Shown here piece after piece: positions 1-12,445 of a stretch of DNA of 64,000 nucleotides. The stretch comes from Macrostomum lignano (lineage: Eukaryota): positions 62,001 to 126,000 of the forward strand of contig NIVC01002553.1 in NCBI GenBank assembly GCA_002269645.1. The letters run 5' to 3'. A program made the translations under genes and the position numbers. Every line of letters starts with the position of its first letter. Within the stretch, counting starts at the first letter, position 1. Under the pieces are notes generated by a model. The model was given only the letters and a program-made list of their open reading frames with translations. It was not told where the DNA came from and did not search any database.

Positions 1-1203
1 TGAGAGCCCCACCTAAATATCGGGGTGGGACTGAGAGCCCCACCTAAATATCGGAATGGGACTGGGAGTCCACCTAAATATCGGGAGTGGGACTCGGAGT
101 CCACCTAAATATCGGGATGGGACTGGGAGTCCACCTAAATATCGAGATGGGACTCGGAGTCCACCTAAATATCGGGGGGAGACTGAGAGCCCACCTAAAT
201 ATCGAGATGGGACTCGGAGTCCACCTAAATATCGGGGGAGACTGAGAGCCCACCTAAATATCGGGAGTGGGACTCGGGAGTCCACCTAAATATCGGGATG
301 GGACTAGGAGCCCACCTAAATATATGGGACTGGAATCTACCTAAATATGAGGATAGAACTGGGAGTCCACCTAAATTTGAGGATGGGACTGGAATCCACC
401 TAAATATTAGGATGGGACTGGGAGTCCACCTAAATATGGGTGGTGGGACTGGAATCCACCTAAATATGAGTGGTGGGACTGGAATCCACCTAAATATGAG
501 GATGGGACTGGAATCCCCCTAAATATTAGGATGGGACTGGGAGTCCACCTAAATATGGGTGGTGGGACTGGAATCCACCTAAATATGAGGATGGGACTGG
601 GAGTCCACCTAAATATCGGGATGGGACTGAGAGCCCACCTAAATATCGGGATGGGACTGGGAGTCCACCTAAATATCGGGAGTGGGACTCGGAGTCCACC
701 TAAATATGGGGATGGGACTGGGAGCCCACCTAAATATCGGGATGGGACTGGGAGTCCACCTAAATATCGGGATGGGACTGGGAGCCCACCTAAATATCGG
801 GATGGGACTGGGAGTCCACCTAAATATCGGGAGTGGGACTCGGAGTCCACCTAAATATCGGGATGGGACTGGGAGTCCACCTAAATATGGGGATGGGACT
901 GGGAGCCCACCTAAATATCCGGATGGGACTGGGAGTCCACCTAAATATGGGGATGGGCTGGGAGTCCACCTAAATATCTGGATGGGACTGGGAGTCCACC
1001 TAAATATCCGGATGGGACTGGGAGTCCACCTAAATATCCGGATGGGACTGGGAGTCCACCTAAATATGGGGATGGGACTGGGAGCCCACCTAAATATCCG
1101 GATGGGACTGGGAGTCCACCTAAATATCGGGATGGGACTGGGAGCCCATCTAAATATCGGGATGGGACTGGGAGTCCACCTAAATATCGGGGTGAGACTG
1201 GGG
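1..1203. repeat. ~30-bp minisatellite (GGGATGGGACTGGGAGTCCACCTAAATATC) in an ATAD3 intron
   Basis: About 40 tandem units visible; ends ~110 nt before the acceptor at 1315. Confidence 0.95.
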
Positions 1204-1315
1204 CTCACCTATTGTAGATATTGGAGATGGGATTCAGTGGTCCGCCTGAAAATGGTTCGTGGTTCAGTGGTTCGTCACAACACAGCAGTATAATAATCCT
1301 CGCTCCCTCATTTAG

Positions 1316-1649
1316 GTACGTACTGCAGCCGTCCATGGACAAGCGCAACAAAATCACCGTGGACCCCAGCATCGATCACACGGCCAAGTGTCGCGAAATT
1401 GCCGCCAAAACTGCCGGCTTATCTGGCCGAGAGATCTCCAAGATTGCCGTGGCCTGGCAGGCGGCCGCCTACGCTTCAGAGACTGGCGTGATCGATGCCA
1501 ACCTGCTAGACGAGAAGGTCGCCCTGTCCGTGGCCGCCCACGCCAAGAAGGTGCAGTGGGCGATGCACACTCTGCCATTGGAGTCGGCTCCAGATGCTAC
1601 TGCCGGCTCTAAGCGAGACTATCTGTCGCCGAGTGTGCCGACATCTTGA
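1316..1649 (+). CDS. ATAD3: ATAD3 (mitochondrial AAA+ ATPase), terminal coding exon
   Basis: Acceptor ctcatttag|G. Peptide YVLQP...KCREIAAKTAGLSGREISKIAVAWQAAAYASETGV matches the ATAD3 C-terminus ([35 protein letters not shown]). TGA at 1647-1649; AATAAA near 2073. Confidence 0.85.
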
Positions 1650-2158
1650 ATGCAATCGTTAGAACTATCTCCGATGGTTTGTGTCTTTTATATACAATTT
1701 ATAAACTGTTTGCTAGGTACAATTTTCCAACTTTATGAATCATTTATTAGCAGTCTGTCGTATTGCTTGAATACACTTTTTAATAGCTAAAAATAATGTT
1801 AGTGCAAGTTGTGAGTTAATTTTTTATAAACTTGCATTTTCAATTACTGGCGCATTCTGAGACAGTCCAACCAGCTTATTGACTCCTCACTGACGCCTGT
1901 TGTCATTGACAACCGTCTCCAATGCCCACAAACCTTACTTAATCTATAGCACCATCTTGTTCAACCCTGAGTCGAGTAGAGGCAAATAATTATTGTTTCT
2001 GGTTATTGCTTTGCTTATATTCTCTAGGCTGACTATTTGAATTTAACTATATTTTTAGCTTTGAATTTGTTAAATAAAACCAATGAGCCATTTGGCCAAC
2101 TCTCTTTGCAGTTTTCTTCTTTTATTTCAAACTAGGTATTCTTGCGGTCTTAGAAATT

Positions 2159-4323
2159 GGTAGATAGCGGCTGTTACTGCAGGAGCTACTGAATGGGGGC
2201 AGGGTAGATAGCGGCTGTCTCAGCAGTAGCTACTGAATGGGGGCAGGGTAGATAGCAGCTGTCACTGTCTCATCAGTAGCTACTGAATGGGGGCAGGGTA
2301 GATAGCGGCTGTCACTGCAGTAGCTACTGAATTGGGGCAGGGTAGATAGCAGCTGTCACTGCAGTAGCTACTGAATGGGGGCAGGGTAGATAGCAGCTGT
2401 CACTGCAGTAGCTACTGAATGGGGGCAGGGTAGATAGCAGCTGTCACTGCAGTAGCTACTGAATGGGGGCAGGGTAGATAGCAGCTGTCACTGCAGTAGC
2501 TACTGAATGGGGGCAGGGTTGATAGCAGCTGTCACTGCAGTAGCTACTGAATGGGGGCAGGGTAGATAGCGGCTGTCTCAGCAGTAGCTACTGAATGGGG
2601 GCAGGGTAGATAGCAGCTGTCTCAGCAGTAGCTACTGAATGGGGGCAGGGTAGATAGCAGCTGTCTCAGCAGTAGCTACTGTATGGGGCAGGGTAGATAG
2701 CAGCTGTCTCAGCAGTAGCTACTGTATGGGGGCAGGGTAGATAGCGGCTGTCTCATCAGTAGCTACTGTATGGGGGCAGGGTAGATAGCGGCTGTCTCAT
2801 TAGTAGCTACTGTATGGGGGCAGGGTAGATAGCGGCTGTCTCATCAGTAGCTACTGTATGGGGGCAGGGTAGATAGCAGCTGTCTCAGCAGTAGCTACTG
2901 TATGGGGGCAGGGTTGATAGCGGCTGTCTCAGCAGTAGCTACTGAATGGGGGCAGGGTAGATAGCAGCTGTCTCAGCAGTAGCTACTGTATGGGGGCAGG
3001 GTAGATAGCAGCTGTCTCAGCAGTAGCTACTGTATGGGGGCAGGGTAGATAGCAGCTGTCTCAGCAGTAGCTACTGAATGGGGGCAGGGTAGATAGCGGC
3101 TGTCTCATCAGTAGCTACTGTATGGGGGCGGGGTAGATAGCGGCTGTCTCATCAGTAGCTACTGTATGGGGGCAGGGTAGATAGCGGCTGTCTCAGCAGT
3201 AGCTACTGAATGGGGGCAGGGTAGATAGCGGCTGTCTCATTAGTAGCTACTGTATGGGGGCAGGGTAGATAGCGGCTGTCTCATCAGTAGCTACTGTATG
3301 GGGGCAGGGTAGATAGCAGCTGTCTCAGCAGTAGCTACTGTATGGGGGCAGGGTAGATAGCAGCTGTCTCAGCAGTAGCTACTGAATGGGGGCAGGGTAG
3401 ATAGCAGCTGTCTCAGCAGTAGCTACTGAATGGGGGCAGGGTAGATAGCGGCTGTCTCAGCAGTAGCTACTGTATGGGGGCAGGGTAGATAGCGGCTGTC
3501 TCAGCAGTAGCTACTGAATGGGGGCAGGGTAGATAGCAGCTGTCTCAGCAGTAGCTACTGTGGGGGCAGGGTAGATAGCGGCTGTCTCAGCAGTAGCTAC
3601 TGTATGGGGGCAGGGTAGATAGCGGCTGTCTCATCAGTAGCTACTGTATGGGGGCAGGGTAGATAGCAGCTGTCTCAGCAGTAGCTACTGAATGGGGGCA
3701 GGGTAGATAGCAGCTGTCTCAGCAGTAGCTACTGTATGGGGGCAGGGTAGATAGCAGCTGTCTCAGCAGTAGCTACTGAATGGGGGCAGGGTAGATAGCA
3801 GCTGTCTCAGCAGTAGCTACTGAATGGGGGCAGGGTAGATAGCAGCTGTCTCAGCAGTAGCTACTGTATGGGGGCAGGGTAGATAGCAGCTGTCTCAGCA
3901 GTAGCTACTGAATGGGGGCAGGGTAGATAGCAGCTGTCTCAGCAGTAGCTACTGTATGTGGGCAGGGTAGATAGCGGCTGTCTCATCAGTAGCTACTGTA
4001 TGGGGGCAGGGTAGATAGCAGCTGTCTCAGCAGTAGCTACTGAATGGGGGCAGGGTAGATAGCAGCTGTCTCAGCAGTAGCTACTGTATGGGGGCAGGGT
4101 AGATAGCAGCTGTCTCAGCAGTAGCTACTGAATGGGGGCAGGGTAGATAGCAGCTGTCTCAGCAGTAGCTACTGTATGGGGGCAGGGTAGATAGCAGCTG
4201 TCTCAGCAGTAGCTACTGAATGGGGGCAGGGTAGATAGCAGCTGTCTCAGCAGTAGCTACTGTATGGGGGCAGGGTAGATAGCAGCTGTCTCAGCAGTAG
4301 CTACTGAATGGGGGCAGGGTAGA
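2159..4323. repeat. 44-bp minisatellite (GGGTAGATAGCAGCTGTCTCAGCAGTAGCTACTGAATGGGGGCA)
   Basis: About 49 units between the ATAD3 3' end and the Kelch gene start. Confidence 0.95.
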
Positions 4324-4449
4324 CAGGCTGCTCTAGCTCAGCAGCCATCGAGCCTGCTAAAAGCGGAGCTGCATTAAACTCTGTGTTGCAATTGTCTGCA
4401 TGCCAATCGCATTAGTTGGGCACGATCCGCAGCCTGCGGCAACTCGCAC

Positions 4450-4983
4450 ATGGACGGCAGCAGCGCAAGCTCGGCCGCTCAGCAGCAGCAGGAGGAGTGC
4501 AACAAGGAGACGGCCAGCCTTGTCGGCTTGGAGCTGCTTGCCGCACTGCGGGCTGAACGCTCAGAATCCGCCGCAGACGTGGCTGCTGGTGCCGACAAGC
4601 GTCCAACAGACCTCGACTTGCTGCTCGCTGACGGTCGCTTATTAAGCGTCCATTCCACCGTGATGCGAGTGTTCAGCGAGTTCTTTCGAGTCATGCTGTC
4701 TGTTGAAATGCGCGAACGCCGCGAAGGTCGAGTAGATCTCAGTCATTTGGAAGCTAGGCACGTGGCTTATTGCATCGACCTGCTGTACGGCGATGTACAA
4801 CCGCTTGATAAAGATTCCGTGCTGGATGTGGCTTATGTGGCAAACTTTCTCCAGCTACCGGTTGCCACCCGGCATTGTCAGCGGTTATTAATGCGCTGTT
4901 TTACTACGGCCGAATTGGACTCAGCTTACGCATTGTTTGAGCGTTTGAGTTGGAACGAGTTTATGGATGAGCTTAATCGCCAG
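4450..4983 (+). CDS. BTB-BACK-Kelch (KLHL-like) protein, exon 1 (BTB)
   Basis: BTB motif TDLDLLLADGRLLSVHSTVMRVFSEFFRVMLSVEMRE...ANFLQL; donor CAG|GTGAGC at 4984, phase 0. Confidence 0.85.
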
Positions 4984-5685
4984 GTGAGCAGCTGGCTGCT
5001 TTAGCAACAGAGGCTTGGTTAGTTTTCTCTAGAGAGAGAGAGAGAGATTCAATTTAGACTACTGAGAAAAGTAGACGAATAAAGATTTGAATCGTAAAAT
5101 CTCTTGCATAGACCACAGATACTAGAATAACTCTCTCGTAGATAGGCCACTCAGGCCTATCTTCATCAGGCCTACTTAGTAAAACAGCTTTCTACTTTCA
5201 GTTCAGTAGCAATGAAGAATACATAAGCTATATTATAAGAATAAAGTCAGCTGAGATAACTTTGATAAGTTAAGAAGCCCAAGCTTGCAGACGCAAACGG
5301 CTTGCTAATTGGTTCAGTCATAATGTACATTAGCCACTGAAATGTACAAGGCAGACTTAGGCAGGGATTGAGGTTCTGTGTGGAGTTCTGTGTGTGTGAA
5401 CTGACTGACGAAAGCAAACAAACACAAACTGCTTTTGGTCTGTCTGCGCGAGGTTAGACCCCCCCCTCCTCACTTCTAGTGTGTCACACACCCCAGTCCA
5501 ACTGTAAAGCAAGCCTTAAAATCATCAAGAGACGATTAAAAAATAAAATAGCGGTATATAAAACGACGATAAAATGACTGACAGCGTTTAGTAGGCAATT
5601 AAAAACGTTTGTAAAGTACTCGGGAGTAAGAACTGGGTATAAAAGAACTAACGCTCTTAAAATGACGGAACCAGAATTGTATGAC

Positions 5686-5938
5686 CGACAGCTCAGCCGC
5701 AGCTATTGCGCGGCGCATCTGAAAGCTGCGTACGGCTGTTCAGTCCAAGGACTGGAGGGGGGTCGCCACACACAGCCTCAATTACCCCAGCTAATGCTGG
5801 CACCCATTTTACAGCTGGGTGAACTGAAGCAATGCAGAGTTGTTTTGCTCCAGGACACATTGTTCCAATAGGATCGGGAATCGAACCCCCAACCTTGAAG
5901 TCGCGAGTCCGACGCTCTAACAGCTAGGCTGCAACCCC
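5686..5938 (-). mobile_element. tRNA-derived SINE with CORE-like central domain
   Basis: Minus strand has an A-box-like GCCTAGCTGTTAGAGCG and B-box GGTTCGATTCCC (5938-5870). Next comes GTGTCCTGGAGCAAAAC...TGCTTCAGTTCACCCAGCTGTAAAATGGGT, resembling the CORE domain of MIR-type SINEs. Distal boundary approximate. Confidence 0.7.
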
Positions 5939-6009
5939 CTTAAAAATTAGAAGAAAACAGTTGCCATGACAACTCACTCATCCCCGCCCTTGCTAACCAA
6001 ATCGCTCAG

Positions 6010-6426
6010 GTTCGCCTGGACAGCTGGGAGGATGCCAATCGGGTTCATAAATTTTCATTCGACCGGCTTCTGAGCGTTCTGAGCCGACCGGAGCTATCCG
6101 TCTCGGGCGAGGACCGCGTCCTGGACGTCTGCAGTCGCTGGATGGACGATCAGCGTATCGGCGTTGGCAACGGGCCAGCAACTGCCGCTCAGCGAATCCG
6201 CCTGCTGTCCTGCATCCGGCAGCTGTATCTGGGGCCGGATTGTCTCACTAAATTTCGAACTCTGGCCGCCGCCTGCGGTTTCCCCGGCTCTTTGCCGGCT
6301 CAGCCGCCTCTGAATACTCCGTTCCGGCGGCTGGAATTGGCCGCCGCCGGTGCCGCTCCAGCCGACCTGCTGATGCCTCGCTGTTGTCAGGAACGGATGC
6401 TGTTCATATCCGGACCCGACATTCAG
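6010..6426 (+). CDS. KLHL-like protein, exon 2 (BACK)
   Basis: Acceptor cgctcag|GTT; FSFDRLLSVLSRPELSVSGEDRVLDVCSRW is BACK-like; donor CAG|GTAAAA; phase 0 at both ends. Confidence 0.8.
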
Positions 6427-6466
6427 GTAAAATTGATTGACAGGCGCTCAATCATTGGCTTAGTTA

Positions 6467-7095
6467 GTCACTCACTCTCATTCATGAGCTCGCTCATAGG
6501 CTATGTAATCATTTAGTCACTCACTCTCATTCATGAGCTCACTCATAGGCTATGTAATCATTTAGTCACTCACTCTCATTCATGAGCTCACTCATAGGCT
6601 ATGTAATCATTTAGTCTCTCACTCTCATTCATGAGCTCACTCATAGGCTATGTAATCATTTAGTCTCTCACTCTCATTCATGAGCTCACTCATAGGCTAT
6701 GTAATCATTTAGTCTCTCACTCTCATTCATGAGCTCATTCATAGGCTATGTAATCATTTAGTCACTCACTCTCATTCATGAGCTCACTCATAGGCTATGT
6801 AATCATTTAGTCACTCACTCTCATTCATGAGCTCACTCATAGGCTATGTAATCATTTAGTCACTCACTCTCATTCATGAGCTCATTCATAGGCTATGTAA
6901 TCATTTAGTCACTCACTCTCATTCATGAGCTCATTCATAGGCTATGTAATCATTTAGTCACTCACTCTCATTCATGAGCTCACCCATAGGCTATGTAATC
7001 ATTTAGTCACTCACTCTCATTCATGAGCTCACTCATAGGCTATGTAATCATTTAGTCACTCACTCTCATTCATGAGCTCACTCATAGGCTACATA
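6467..7095. repeat. 49-bp intronic minisatellite (TCACTCACTCTCATTCATGAGCTCACTCATAGGCTATGTAATCATTTAG)
   Basis: About 13 near-identical units. Confidence 0.95.
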
Positions 7096-7240
7096 ATTCA
7101 TTCGATTATTCACTTATAAATTCATGAACTCAGTCATTTCATTTCATGAACTAAATCATTCATGTTTGTCCTTAAGAATCAATTATCATAGCTAGAATTC
7201 ATAGCTAGAATTGTAATTGACCTTAACCTGTTGTTTGCAG

Positions 7241-7696
7241 GGCGCCTGTCTATCATTATTTTTTGTGGACCCATTAGAATTGAAGCAGCAAGGTCAACAG
7301 CAGCAGCTCACTCTGCACTGCGAACAGCTTGACGCTCCGGAATTTAAGATGCGCACAGTTGAACTGCAGTGCTGCGTTGGTGGCGGCGGATGCGTGTTGT
7401 TCCTACATGAGACTGTCATGAATGTGATGTACAGTTTCGTGTCCATGCCGGCGCCTTCTAGTCTGTACGCCATCGACCTGGCCGGAGTGCTGCCCGTGCT
7501 GCGCTATCAAGGCGTACCCGATTCGCTAATTGGATTCCGGATGCTCTGTCTAGGCAGCCGTCTGTACGCCTTTGGCGGCCGCGACTGTCGCATGACTATC
7601 CGCGATCTCGTGTTCGTGTTTGATAGCGTCACGCCTGGCGGCACTATGAAATGGGATCACGTGTTTTATCCCTTGGAGAGCACTGGCGGTAGGAAG
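7241..7696 (+). CDS. KLHL-like protein, exon 3 (Kelch repeat)
   Basis: Acceptor tgtttgcag|GGC; LGSRLYAFGGRD...VFVFD Kelch motif; donor AAG|GTAAGG. Confidence 0.8.
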
Positions 7697-7771
7697 GTAA
7701 GGATTTGTTCTGAATTTGCGGCCTGGAGTGCTTAATACTAAATTTGATTTTGCATCATTTCCCGCTCTCAG

Positions 7772-7980
7772 GTGCCCGTACTGTTGCCTCAGCCAATGAG
7801 CGAGCTGGCTGTACTAGCTGTGCCGTCTGCCGCCCTGCCCCAGTCCGCCCCCGACTCGGTCAACAAAGCCGCCAAGCTGGACAGAGCAGCGGCGGCGTCC
7901 CGCCACGTGCTGCTCTCCGGTGGGCGAACTAACGGCGACGAAGAGGGCGATCCTAGGCCTGCGCTGAACTGTCTGTACAG
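7772..7980 (+). CDS. KLHL-like protein, exon 4
   Basis: Acceptor ctctcag|GTG after a 75-bp intron; HVLLSGG...LNCLYR; donor AG|GTAAGG, phase 2. Confidence 0.75.
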
Positions 7981-8019
7981 GTAAGGTTGAGTCCTCGGTG
8001 CGGTTATGATCATCCTGAA

Positions 8020-8735
8020 TCGAATCACCCCGAATCGAACTGGCATCGTCCCAGATCCCTAAATCAAAATGGCTTCATCCCAGATCCCCAAATCGAGCTG
8101 GCATCACCTTAGATCCCCAAATGGAGCTTGGCATCATCCCAGATCCCCAAATCGAACTGGAATCACCCCAGACCGCCAAATCGAGCTGGCATCATCCCAG
8201 ATCCCCAAATCAAACTGGCATCATCCCAGATCCTCAAATCGAGCTGGTATCACCTCAGACCCCAAATCAAAATGGCTTCATCCCAGATCCCCAAATCGAG
8301 CTGGTATCACCTCAGACCCCAAATCAAAATGGCTTCATCCCAGATCCCCAAATCAAACTGGCATCATCCCAGATCCCCAAATCAAACTGGCATCATCCCA
8401 GATCCTCAAATCGAGCTGGCATCATCCCAGGCCCCCAAATCAAAATGGCTTCATCCCAGATCCCCAAATCGAGCTGGTATCACCTCAGACCCCAAATCAA
8501 AATGGCTTCATCCCAGACCCCCAGATCAAAATGGCTTCATCCCAGACCCCCAAATCAAAATGGCTTCATCCCAGATCCCCAAATCAGCTGGCATCATCCC
8601 AGATCCTCAAATCAGCTGGCATCATCCCAGATCCTCAAATCAGCTGGCATCATCCCAGATCCTCAAATCAGCTGGCATCATCCCAGATCCTCAAATCAGC
8701 TGGCATCATCCCAGATCCTCAAACCGAGCTGGCAC
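8020..8735. repeat. ~25-30-bp variable intronic minisatellite (CCCAGATCC(T/C)CAAATC..GCTGGCATCAT)
   Basis: Tandem units fill intron 4 and create three spurious ORFs. Confidence 0.9.
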
Positions 8736-8757
8736 CCTCTTCCCTGCGGCCCCCCAG

Positions 8758-9286
8758 ATACGACAGCCATCGAATGGAGTTCAGCCGCCTGGCGGACATG
8801 AACCGCAGCCGATTCGGCCACAGCATGCACCTGGTCGGCAATCGAATATTCGTATTCGGCGGCACGCCCGATTCATCGGAGAGCCCGTTCTCATTCGCCG
8901 AGTATTACTCTCCGGACACTGACCAGTGGACGGTGGTGTCCGCTCTGGAGAGCCTCGGCCCGTCCCGCCCGCTGACATCAATTTTGGGCGGCCGAATTTT
9001 CTACATTGGCCGGCCGCACGGTCAAGAGATGCTGCGCGACGGCCTGTGGGAATTCGAATTGGACAACGGCTACGAAGGGGTAACATCGTTGCATCACCTG
9101 CGCGACCTGCCCGTTGCTATGCGAGACGCCACCAGAAGGGAGACTCACTGCGTGGCCCTGTCCGTGAACGTTAGTCCGTCCGGTTTGCGCTCCCTGCGTC
9201 AGCTGCTGCTGTCGCCTAGCGAAGATGCCGATGCCAGGTCGAGCGAGAGCGGCGGTGGCTCGAGACGGGCGTCCCGTGCGCACTAA
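8758..9286 (+). CDS. KLHL-like protein, exon 5 (Kelch repeats, stop)
   Basis: Acceptor ccccag|A completes AGA; YDSH...LADMNRSRFGHSMHLVGNRIFVFGG...AEYYSPDTDQW is a classic Kelch repeat. Joined CDS is 2145 nt (714 aa). Confidence 0.85.
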
Positions 9287-9399
9287 TTTGAACTAGTTGT
9301 GTTTATTAGTTTACTCTTCTTAATTTTTGCTGTTTCTGGGGGTTTAGCATTTCCTGTGTTTTAATTAACTGTGTAGTACTGCGTTGCTAATATTTTGTG

Positions 9400-9645
9400 T
9401 CAGTAGTATATATAGCTAGTATTCTATAGTGTGAGTATTATATATAGCTAGTATTCTATAGTGTCAGTAGTACATACAACTAGTATTCTATAGTGTGAGT
9501 ATTATATATAGCTAGTATTCTATGGTGTCAGTAGTATATATAGCTAGCATTCTATGATGTCAGTAGTATATATAGCTAGCATTCTATGGTGTCAGTAATA
9601 TATATATTATAGCTAGTATTCTTTGGTGTCAGTAGTATATATAGT
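9400..9645. repeat. ~32-bp AT-rich degenerate tandem repeat (TAGTATATATAGCTAGTATTCTATAGTGTCAG)
   Basis: 6-7 imperfect units downstream of the Kelch stop. Confidence 0.8.
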
Positions 9646-10664
9646 GTTTTATATGCTCAGTACCGTCTATAGTGTCAGTGTCAGTCAGTAGTATCTAGAG
9701 TTTCAAAAGTGCCTAATGCCTCAGTCACGTGTGTCAAATATTTCTATTATCTCGATGTGTGCAGAGTCACTTGTCAAAATTTGTTCAAAAGTATTGCTAC
9801 ACCTCCTGTTGGTGTCTGGCAGTAGTATCTGTCGTTTCAATTGGCTTGTACAGTCGACATTTAGCCTTTTTTAATGCTGGCGAATTGCCTAACCCTTATT
9901 AACTGCTCCAACCTGTCATGAAAGCTGCTATCCCCTGACTGCTGCACTCGCGTACGAGCTACTTATACTAGTTTCAGTAGTATGCACGCGTTAAATGTTA
10001 GTTTTAGCGCGCACCGGTGCAATAGAGCCTTTCAACTGGTAAAGATTTCTTCAATTGTTGTACTTTTATACCAGCTCAGCCACCAGCCGTCTCTACTGCC
10101 TAGTCCTGCCACTTAATCCCCTGGCAACTGACCGACTTGAGCTGGTTTGAACCATGAGATTGTTTGTTTGTTATGCCTCTTGTTGCTGTGTTCAAGCTGT
10201 TTTAATTAATAATATAATCAAGCGCCAATCCTGATTTAAAGCTGTTAACCCGATCTATTCGTGTAATTAATTATTTATCTGTTCTGAAAGATTCACTGTA
10301 AGCAAAATTATGCGCTTCTAAGATCGATTTTTCCGGATTCAATCCGAAACTTTTTATTTTTTCTCTAGCCACTGTTCCTTTTATATATTAATATCAGTAG
10401 TATTTGTACGTTTTTAACGTCATTAATTGTGTTCTTGTACTTATAATTTCTAATCGTTACTTTAGTATTTTTTAAAGAAGTAAAATTCCAAGCCTGCTAT
10501 TTGTGTTTAATAATCGTCTAACGACATCTGGTTTTCAACTGATTCAATCTGACCGATTGGTGTGTTAACTAATAAACTGCAAATTGGCTTTGTATTGCCA
10601 ACTTTTGCAGACTTGTATTGTGTGCGACTGAACCTCTTTATCTGATCTACTTACTTCGTTATAT

Positions 10665-11550
10665 CTGCTGGGCCAGCCTCCCAGATCCTCAGTTGCTGGG
10701 CCAGCCTCCCAGATCCTCAGTTGCTGGGCCACTCTCCCAGATCCTCAGTTGCTGGGCCAGCCTCCCAGATCCTCAGTTGCTGGGCCAGTCTCCCAGATCC
10801 TCAGTTGCTGGGCCAGCCTCCCAGATCCTCAGTTTCTGGGCCAGCCTCCCAGATCCTCAGTTGCTGGGCCAGCCTCCCGGATCCTCAGTTTCTGGGCCAG
10901 CCTCCCAGATCCTCAGTTTCTGGGCCAGCCTCCCAGATCCTCAGTTGCTGGGCCAGCCTCCCAGATCCTCAGTTGCTGGGCCAGCCTCCCAGATCCTCAG
11001 TTGCTGGGCCAGTCTCCCAGATCCTCAGTTGCTGGGCCAGCCTCCCAGATCCTCAGTTGCTGGGCCAGCCTCCCAGAGCCTCAGTTGCTGGGCCACTCTC
11101 CCAGATCCTCAGTTGCTGGGCCAGCCTCCCAGATCCTCAGTTGCTGGGCCAGCCTCCCAGATCCTCAGTTGCTGGGCCAGCCTCCCAGATCCTCAGTTGC
11201 TGGGCCAGCCTCCCAGATCCTCAGTTGCTGGGCCAGCCTCCCTGATCCTCAGTTGCTGGGCCAGCCTCCCAGAGCCTCAGTTGCTGGGCCACCGCCAGCC
11301 TCCCAGATCCTCAGTTGCTGGGCCAGCCTCCCAGATCCTCAGTTGCTGGGCCAGCCTCCCTGATCCTCAGTTGCTGGGCCAGCCTCCCAGATCCTCAGTT
11401 GCTGGGCCAACCTCCCAGATCCTCAGTTGCTGGGCCAGCCTCCCAGATCCTCAGTTGCTGGGCCAACCTCCCAGATCCTCAGTTGCTGCGCCACCGCCAG
11501 CCTCCCAGATCATCAGTTGCTGGGTCATAGATCCTCAGTTTCTGGGCCAC
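10665..11550. repeat. 28-bp minisatellite (GCTGGGCCAGCCTCCCAGATCCTCAGTT)
   Basis: About 31 units immediately upstream of NFS1. Confidence 0.95.
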
Positions 11551-11625
11551 CTTCGCGCACCCCAACACTAGCCCCGACTGGTTTATCCAGTGAAATATTC
11601 AGTGACAAACAATTCCTTCTAAATC

Positions 11626-11838
11626 ATGCCGCTCAGCATGTCATCTCTGACTGCGCTAACCGCTATTCACCGAGGCTGCCGAAGCTTGCTACTCATGCGC
11701 CAGTCGGCTCTTAGATGCAACTGGCAGCGCCTTCTGGGCACGGAGGCTGCCGCTGCTGCTACTGCTGCTCCGGCTGGCACCGATTCAACTCCGGCTGCTG
11801 GGGAGTCTCCACTCCGACCGCTGTATCTAGATCTTCAG
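11626..11838 (+). CDS. NFS1: Cysteine desulfurase NFS1, exon 1 (mitochondrial presequence)
   Basis: R/S/L/A-rich N-terminus, then LRPLYLDLQ; donor CAG|GTGTGC joins in phase to [13 protein letters not shown]. Confidence 0.85.
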
Positions 11839-11944
11839 GTGTGCTTTTTATTTCATCAATATACTCGTAATATATAATATATACGTCATTCTCTGATTAG
11901 TCGAAAATGTGACCGGGTCTGATTGATTAAGAGTATAATAATTC

Positions 11945-12358
11945 GATTCTCTGATTGGTCATAGGAAACAGCGGCTGCTGTTCTCTGATTGGTCAGGGGA
12001 ATAGCGGCTGCTGTCCTCTGATTGGTCATAGGAAACAGCGGCTGCTGTTCTCTGATTGGTCAAGGGAATAGTGGCTGCTGTTTCTCCGATTGGTCAGGGG
12101 AATAGCGGCTGCTGTTCTCTGATTGGTCAGGGGAATAGCGGCTGCTGTCCTCTGATTGGTCAGGGGAATAGCGGCTGCTGTTCTCTGATTGGTCAAGGGA
12201 ATAGTGGCTGCTGTTTCTCCGATTTGTCAAAGGAATAGTGGCTGCTGTTCTCCGATTGGTCAAGGGAATAGTGGCTGCTGTCCTCTGATTGGTCAGGGGA
12301 ATAGTGGCTGCTGTTCTCCGATTGGTCAATGGAATGGCGGCTGCTGTTCTCTGATTTG
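11945..12358. repeat. 33-bp intronic minisatellite (CTCTGATTGGTCAGGGGAATAGCGGCTGCTGTT)
   Basis: About 12 units in NFS1 intron 1. Confidence 0.9.
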
Positions 12359-12445
12359 CCGGATCGAGTCGCTTTTTGTGCTCTCCCTAGTGTGTGAACT
12401 AAAACCGACACGATGTCCACACTTCGCTGAATTGCTCAAAAATAG

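Noticed and set aside
2159-4323. CRISPR-like regular repeats (this and other arrays)
   Set aside because: Units are directly head-to-tail with no unique spacers, no cas genes, and the context is eukaryotic.
5870-5938. Functional tRNA gene
   Set aside because: Acceptor and anticodon stems pair poorly and the sequence continues into a SINE body.
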